NCBI GenBank assembly: GCA_964643995.1
Contig: CAZXUJ010000002.1
Coordinates: forward strand, 114,125-178,124
Reading direction: 5' to 3'
DNA length: 64,000 nucleotides
Origin: an uncultured Candidatus Saccharibacteria bacterium
GTDB taxonomy: Bacteria; Patescibacteriota; WWE3; UBA101185; UBA10185
Positions 59,364 to 64,000 of this stretch are shown here, piece after piece; within the stretch, counting starts at the first letter, position 1; every line of letters starts with the position of its first letter. The notes beneath the pieces are model-generated. The model was not told where the DNA came from, searched no databases, and was given only the letters and a program-made list of their open reading frames with translations. The position numbers and the translations under genes were made by a program.

Positions 59364-61619
59364 ATGCCAAGATCTTTCATGGATACAGAGATCAAATATG
59401 TTAACCATGTAATAGGGGATAAATCCCAAAACTCAAGTGCAAAAATAATAGAGATTTCAACAACTAATGCGGACAAATTGCGGGAATTTCAGAGATTACT
59501 ACCTAACTATCAGATAAAGGGTGTAAATCTAGACATAGATGAGATTCAATCATTGGATCCATATAAAGTGGTCGTTCAAAAAGCTAAGGATGCTTTTGAA
59601 AAAAACAACAATAATCCCATTTTAGTGGAAGACACCTCATTGGATATTCTTGGGTTAGGGGGGCGCCCGAGCACATTTGTGACGTTTTTTGTTTCAGATG
59701 TGGAAATTCGCAGACTTATAGCTGAAAATTGGCTAAAGAACAAAGATCGAAGAGCAGTCGCAAGAGTTATTTTAGCAATTTTTGATGGGAAAGAGGTCTT
59801 TACATTTGAGGGAAATACCTCAGGTACAATTGCAGAAACACTGAGAGGTGGTAATGGTTTTGGCTTCGATGACATATTTGTGCCCGAAAAATCTGATAAA
59901 ACGTTCGCTGAAATGTCAGATAAAGAAAAAGACATGCATTCGATGAGAAGAAAGGCAGCTGAAAAACTTATTGCTCAGAAACTAAAGCTAGGTGATTTAG
60001 TAGAGGAAATACCGGAGCCGTTTGAAAATGAGCTAAAACGAGTACGCAAGGAAAAGATAAATACTGACCCTAAAGCACTAAAATTCGCATACAATCTTGA
60101 AGCTATTCAAGGTAGCACCGTAAACGAAGCGTTCAGTGCAGATGTATACAAGCCAATTATCAAATCGAAAAACAAATACTACGATCGTTATACTTTGGAC
60201 AAAGAGTCAGCAAGTATAGGGCTTATAATAACTGATATTGATAAGGCAGGAATAAGACTGCACAGTAATGGAGAACCACGCCTTTGGCAAATGGGTCCCG
60301 AACGTAGAATGCTAGCGCTGGCTCAAAGAGCAGAATATTTTATGTGCAATGCCAGCCCAAACTTCCTCCAATATGTTAGGGGACTTGAAAAGAACAACTT
60401 CCACAAAAGAGTTAACAAGAGGAGCCCTTCTCTGGAAACAATACTAAAATATGATTTTACAGGCATTCCATTTAACACAAAGGCAATAAAGGAACTTGGG
60501 TATAAAAAACAAATTTCAGAAAAAAATTTGAGCAGACGCGCTATAGCCTCCAAAGGGCTGTTTAACAAGATTGGAAAATATCCAAGACTTATGTACGGTA
60601 TTGGCTCAATGCCTGCAGTTTCTGGATGGAGAGACGTTATTGTTACAGCAGCAATAGGGCATATGCCTGTGTTTGTTACTCGAAATAATGTTTTTGCTGG
60701 TGATACTAACTTACGGATAAATCTCATAAAACAATCTAAAGAATGTATAAGTGAACTAGGCATTAGAAAAAATTATCTTGATATAGTTGAAAGGAACATA
60801 GGTGTAGCAATCGGAACGGCTAACCCCAGGGAACAAGTAAATGAAGCGAAACGGTTTTTTAAGGAAGCAGGTGTAAGATTGTTTCGTATTTATACCATAA
60901 ACAGCGACCCTCGGTTCGTTGAAACAGCTGAACTATTGCGAAGTGAACTTGGCAACGAGATCGAAATTTTTGCCGGACAGGTAGTAAGTAAATCACAGGT
61001 TTACAAACTAAAAGATAAAGCCAATATAGACGGTGTAATGATCGGGCATGGTGGTGGGAGACAGTGTACTTCGGCAACAAATGGAATGGCGCTAACAACG
61101 GTTGAAGAAGTATATAGCTTGGTAACAGACCATAACTTCAACGACATAACTATTATGGTTGAGGGAGGGGTTGGCAGATCAGTCGGGGCGTTAGCCATAC
61201 TTGGGGTAGACGGTATCCTCTACAACCAGCAGTTTACCCGAGGTACTATTGAGACCGGAGGAATCTTTGTAAGGAACGATAACGACCAACTGGGACAACC
61301 CTATCATGGCAGTGCTAGTGCCACCACAATGATTATAGAATCAGCAAAAGATAGTCTAACGGACACAATGTTGAACTATTCAGGGAGAACTAAAGTCCCT
61401 GAGGGCAAAAAAGGTTTTACACTATACTCTGAAAAGGCAAACTCTATGGCGTTTTGGGTAGAGGAGTTTAAACATCAGTTAGCTAGAACGTATGCTGACC
61501 TAGGAGTGGAAAATGTTAGTGAGTTGAGAAAGTTTATTGCTTCTTACGACAAGGAATTACTGAGGATTGTATCCCCAGAAGCTGCAGAAACAGCTAAAGC
61601 TTACAAGAATAGGGAATAA
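59364..61619 (+). CDS. Fusion: HAM1/RdgB-type non-canonical purine NTP pyrophosphatase + unknown domain + IMPDH/GMP-reductase-like barrel
   Basis: TTN.DK..E, EIQ, VEDTSL, GFGFD, TFAEM, SMR; then GHGGGRQCTS, EGGV, YHGSAS, VPEGKK. Confidence 0.8.
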   Translation: MPRSFMDTEIKYVNHVIGDKSQNSSAKIIEISTTNADKLREFQRLLPNYQIKGVNLDIDEIQSLDPYKVVVQKAKDAFEKNNNNPILVEDTSLDILGLGGRPSTFVTFFVSDVEIRRLIAENWLKNKDRRAVARVILAIFDGKEVFTFEGNTSGTIAETLRGGNGFGFDDIFVPEKSDKTFAEMSDKEKDMHSMRRKAAEKLIAQKLKLGDLVEEIPEPFENELKRVRKEKINTDPKALKFAYNLEAIQGSTVNEAFSADVYKPIIKSKNKYYDRYTLDKESASIGLIITDIDKAGIRLHSNGEPRLWQMGPERRMLALAQRAEYFMCNASPNFLQYVRGLEKNNFHKRVNKRSPSLETILKYDFTGIPFNTKAIKELGYKKQISEKNLSRRAIASKGLFNKIGKYPRLMYGIGSMPAVSGWRDVIVTAAIGHMPVFVTRNNVFAGDTNLRINLIKQSKECISELGIRKNYLDIVERNIGVAIGTANPREQVNEAKRFFKEAGVRLFRIYTINSDPRFVETAELLRSELGNEIEIFAGQVVSKSQVYKLKDKANIDGVMIGHGGGRQCTSATNGMALTTVEEVYSLVTDHNFNDITIMVEGGVGRSVGALAILGVDGILYNQQFTRGTIETGGIFVRNDNDQLGQPYHGSASATTMIIESAKDSLTDTMLNYSGRTKVPEGKKGFTLYSEKANSMAFWVEEFKHQLARTYADLGVENVSELRKFIASYDKELLRIVSPEAAETAKAYKNRE

Positions 61620-61623
61620 CTGT

Positions 61624-61665
61624 TGGTGGCGAACAATACAGAGATTTATGTATCATTCAACACCA
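61624..61665 (-). terminator. Long imperfect hairpin between convergent genes
   Basis: TGGTG-T-TGAATGATACA / TGTATTGTTCG-C-CACCA; G-U pairs favour the minus strand. Confidence 0.5.
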
Positions 61666-61723
61666 GATAAACGCTAATAACCAATAAAACCGATGTGGCT
61701 TTTTACAACATCCACAACCATGG

Positions 61724-61993
61724 CTACATAGCGCCGCAAAATGAACTGCCCAGAGGGAGATGCATTAGGCCCACCAATAACCTCAAAAATGGCGTCAGCC
61801 AATCGTTGTAAAGCGGATTCAGTACAGCTACAGAATTTTCCATAAGTTCCTGTTGTAAGTGGGTAAACACCAGGCCACCTTTGAAAAACAAGCCCACAAT
61901 GATAACTACACAAAACACCAAAAACTTCACTACTGGATGGACTCCACTACGCACACTGCCTATCACGTTTCCACCATATATCGTTGTACTCAT
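61724..61993 (-). CDS. Small single-TM hypothetical protein
   Basis: TATAAT at 62038-62043, GCTC-GTAA-GAGC hairpin, AAGGAG RBS, TM KFLVFCVVIIVGLFF. Confidence 0.55.
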   Translation of the reverse strand: MSTTIYGGNVIGSVRSGVHPVVKFLVFCVVIIVGLFFKGGLVFTHLQQELMENSVAVLNPLYNDWLTPFLRLLVGLMHLPLGSSFCGAM

Positions 61994-62089
61994 TGAATTT
62001 TCTCCTTGCTCTTACGAGCCTAGTTTAAGATAAGCACATTATAAATATCTGAACACAAAATTCAACTAGGTGGGGTAGGGGAGTAGAGC

Positions 62090-63097
62090 TTAGAGTAAAC
62101 CGGTAATGGGCGCAGTATTATCGGAATTAGTCACGTCTTTGGCTTCTGTTTCAATATCTTTATGAAATTTGGAGTGGACCTCCCGCAAACGCTCATTGGT
62201 AACATGCGTATAAATTTGCGTAGTCGAGACACTTGAGTGCCCCAGTAATTCCTGGACACTGCGAATATCCGCACCGTTAAGCAACAAATCAGTAGCAAAT
62301 GAATGCCTAAGCGTATGTGGAGTAGCATCTACGCTAATACCAGCACGTTGAGTATATTTTTTTACCATTCTTTGAACACTCCTTACGCTTAGGCGCAAAG
62401 ATTCTCCTTCTTTGTCATTATTTTCCATGAGTTTGCCAGAGTAACGTAAAAAAAGGGGGTTAAAGGGGTCTCGCCTAGTATTTAAATAGCTTTTCAGCCA
62501 GTGTATAGCTGATTTACTAAGATAAACTGTGCGTGGTTTACGACCTTTACCAATTACCGTAAATTCCCCGGATTCAAGATTAACATCATCAATATCTAAA
62601 GCAACAAGCTCACTTACACGCAAACCAGTGCTAAATAAAGTTTCAAGTATTGCTCTATCACGTATTCCAGAGCGTTTGTTAAGGTTTTGCACCTCGAATA
62701 GATTCTTTAGTTGAGCGTCATCCAAAAACTTAGGAACACTTGCCTCCTGCTTACCTAGTAATATTTGGTCTGGCGACGGTACATTTAAATTACGCTCTAC
62801 AACAAGGTACTTAAGAAAAGCCCTCACAGCAACTAAAAATATCTTTTGAGTGTTTTTTTTGTATTCTTCGTGACTCTTGGACGAAATTCGTCGGTTCAGG
62901 TAAACACGATACTTACGAATTAAGTCATGAGACAAATCATCTATTTCAATGGTTTCTTTTTTTAGATGCTCCTTGGACCACTCAAAAAAATCTTTTAAAT
63001 AAAAATCGTAATACTTGAGGGAGCTCTGCGCGAGATTCTTTTCAATTTCACAGTACTCTAAGTAGTCAGTGATGAGCTTATCTAAGTGAGCAGGCAT
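62090..63097 (-). CDS. Xer-family tyrosine recombinase
   Basis: RDRAILETLFSTGLRVSEL, GKGRK, HTLRHSFAT, LGH...TTQIY; start at ATG 63097 (TG-C-TATCAT-N6). Confidence 0.93.
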   Translation of the reverse strand: MPAHLDKLITDYLEYCEIEKNLAQSSLKYYDFYLKDFFEWSKEHLKKETIEIDDLSHDLIRKYRVYLNRRISSKSHEEYKKNTQKIFLVAVRAFLKYLVVERNLNVPSPDQILLGKQEASVPKFLDDAQLKNLFEVQNLNKRSGIRDRAILETLFSTGLRVSELVALDIDDVNLESGEFTVIGKGRKPRTVYLSKSAIHWLKSYLNTRRDPFNPLFLRYSGKLMENNDKEGESLRLSVRSVQRMVKKYTQRAGISVDATPHTLRHSFATDLLLNGADIRSVQELLGHSSVSTTQIYTHVTNERLREVHSKFHKDIETEAKDVTNSDNTAPITGLL

Positions 63098-63457
63098 GGG
63101 TTCATGATAGCACATCATGAGTATGGAGTTATCTTTTTGATAAAAATCGATTGTAGGGCATTATAGAACGCGATGAGTACTTTATGTTGTCATAACAAGT
63201 TTTTGTGTGTATGTGCTAGTCATTTTAAGCTAGAGTAAGTAACATAGTGAGGTGGTAAGACGTAGAGTTGGGAATTTTACGGGAATTATAAAAGTCGGAG
63301 AAGATAAATTATTTAGGGGCATCCTGATATAAATAGAGTAGAAAAGAGCTACTAGAGTATTAAGCACACAATAGATCAACAATAAACAAAAAATTTAAAT
63401 TGTTAATTAGAATTAAATATATTAAAGAAGGGAAGTTATCATTTGGATCAATTCCGC

Positions 63458-63485
63458 GCGTCGTTAAATGTATGTTTAACGGCAT
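63458..63485. other. Candidate dif-like Xer recombination site
   Basis: GCGTCGTTAAA-TGTATG-TTTAACGGCAT, 11-6-11 inverted repeat in non-coding DNA about 360 bp from xer. Confidence 0.55.
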
Positions 63486-63688
63486 CTAGGCTGAGCAGCC
63501 TATTGGAAGAGGGCATATGGAGGGAATAGAGTACCTAAATAAACCCTTCCGAAACAAAGCACTATAAAGCCTTAATTTCAAGTATATTTATTTGTTATTT
63601 CTGCCTATTTTCGTGATATTTTTCAGTTACATTAAATCCTATAGAAATCGAATCCGTCAAATATAGATATCCACATCAAAATAACTAG

Positions 63689-63759
63689 TATGACAAACCT
63701 ACTATGACAATCGTAATTATGACAAACGTACTATAGGTTATCATACTGCCCTATAGGTT
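63689..63759 (+). repeat. Tandem TATGACAA-core repeats (x3) plus CTATAGGTT (x2)
   Basis: TATGACAA at 63689, 63703, 63718; CTATAGGTT at 63731, 63751. Confidence 0.8.
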
Positions 63760-64000
63760 GCTAACCTCCCCTGCTCCATTAATGTTAGGTAAGCATTTGA
63801 ACACTCTTGTTACCTGTTATTGCAGCAAATAATTATAGAAAAACTTTCTAGGGCCTGAACAAAATTAATAAAAATAGAAATATTAAACTTATAATTCCAT
63901 ACTCTAACAATAGCCTCAAATTGATGCGGTTTTTATAATGCCCTTGTACATACCCCAACCCAAACATTATTACTGTTGATACAAATAAGGCACGCAAAAA

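Noticed and set aside
21222-61665. Integron attC sites at the long 3' hairpins of orphan genes
   Set aside because: No consistent RYYYAAC/GTTRRRY ends, no cassette array, and the recombinase looks Xer-like rather than IntI-like
61674-61913. Alternative-frame ORF overlapping 61724..61993
   Set aside because: No RBS; could be a frameshifted 3' end but cannot be supported from sequence alone
565-62714. Many short ORF-track entries antisense to or nested in recognised genes (e.g. 970..1305, 15434..15799, 33903..34319, 56433..56972, 60323..60763)
   Set aside because: Shadow frames of well-supported genes, with no motifs or initiation signals
62090-63097. Prophage or island integrase
   Set aside because: Length and motifs are Xer-like; no adjacent tRNA, att repeats or phage genes in the window
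63120-64000. oriC or CRISPR array in the terminal non-coding region
   Set aside because: Only one near-match DnaA box (ATATCCACA near 63667) and skew polarity fits a terminus better; repeats are 14-15 nt with no spacers
1-64000. Alternative genetic code (UGA=Gly as in Gracilibacteria/SR1)
   Set aside because: Conserved genes are intact under code 11, and pheS and rnc end at TGA

Overview
Chromosomal segment of a small-genome, AT-rich bacterium using genetic code 11. Gene content points to Patescibacteria/CPR (Microgenomates/WWE3-like; inferred, not verified): truncated PheT and ThrS, a monoderm type IV pilus locus, one Xer-type recombinase and many orphan surface proteins. It carries translation genes (trhO, truB, thrS, infC-rpmI-rplT-pheST, rpmF-nusB-ACP-like-rnc, rpsP-khpA-trmD), a class A PBP, recG, pyk, ppaC, gyrB and gyrA (7 kb apart), rnhB, and a ~19 kb type IV pilus locus (pilBTC, pilD, pilMNO, ten prepilin-like genes, a Cys-rich adhesin candidate) interrupted by two Pro/Thr-linker surface-protein genes. 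I saw no rRNA, tRNA, CRISPR array or transposase. Best leads: (1) a HAM1/ITPase + unknown domain + IMPDH/GMP-reductase-like fusion; (2) an unannotated Thr-rich leader peptide before thrS; (3) an 11-6-11 dif-like site beside the xer gene near a local G-to-C skew switch; (4) a beta-propeller ending in a Chloroflexi-type LPxVxR motif inside the pilus locus; (5) an ACP homolog lacking the phosphopantetheine serine; (6) pervasive leaderless architecture (TAnnnT-N6-start) in core genes versus hairpin+AAGGAG leaders in small orphan genes; (7) a hydrolase-dead, C-terminally short Rel; (8) a membrane-anchored receiver domain. All calls are by-eye motif recognition; no searches were run.
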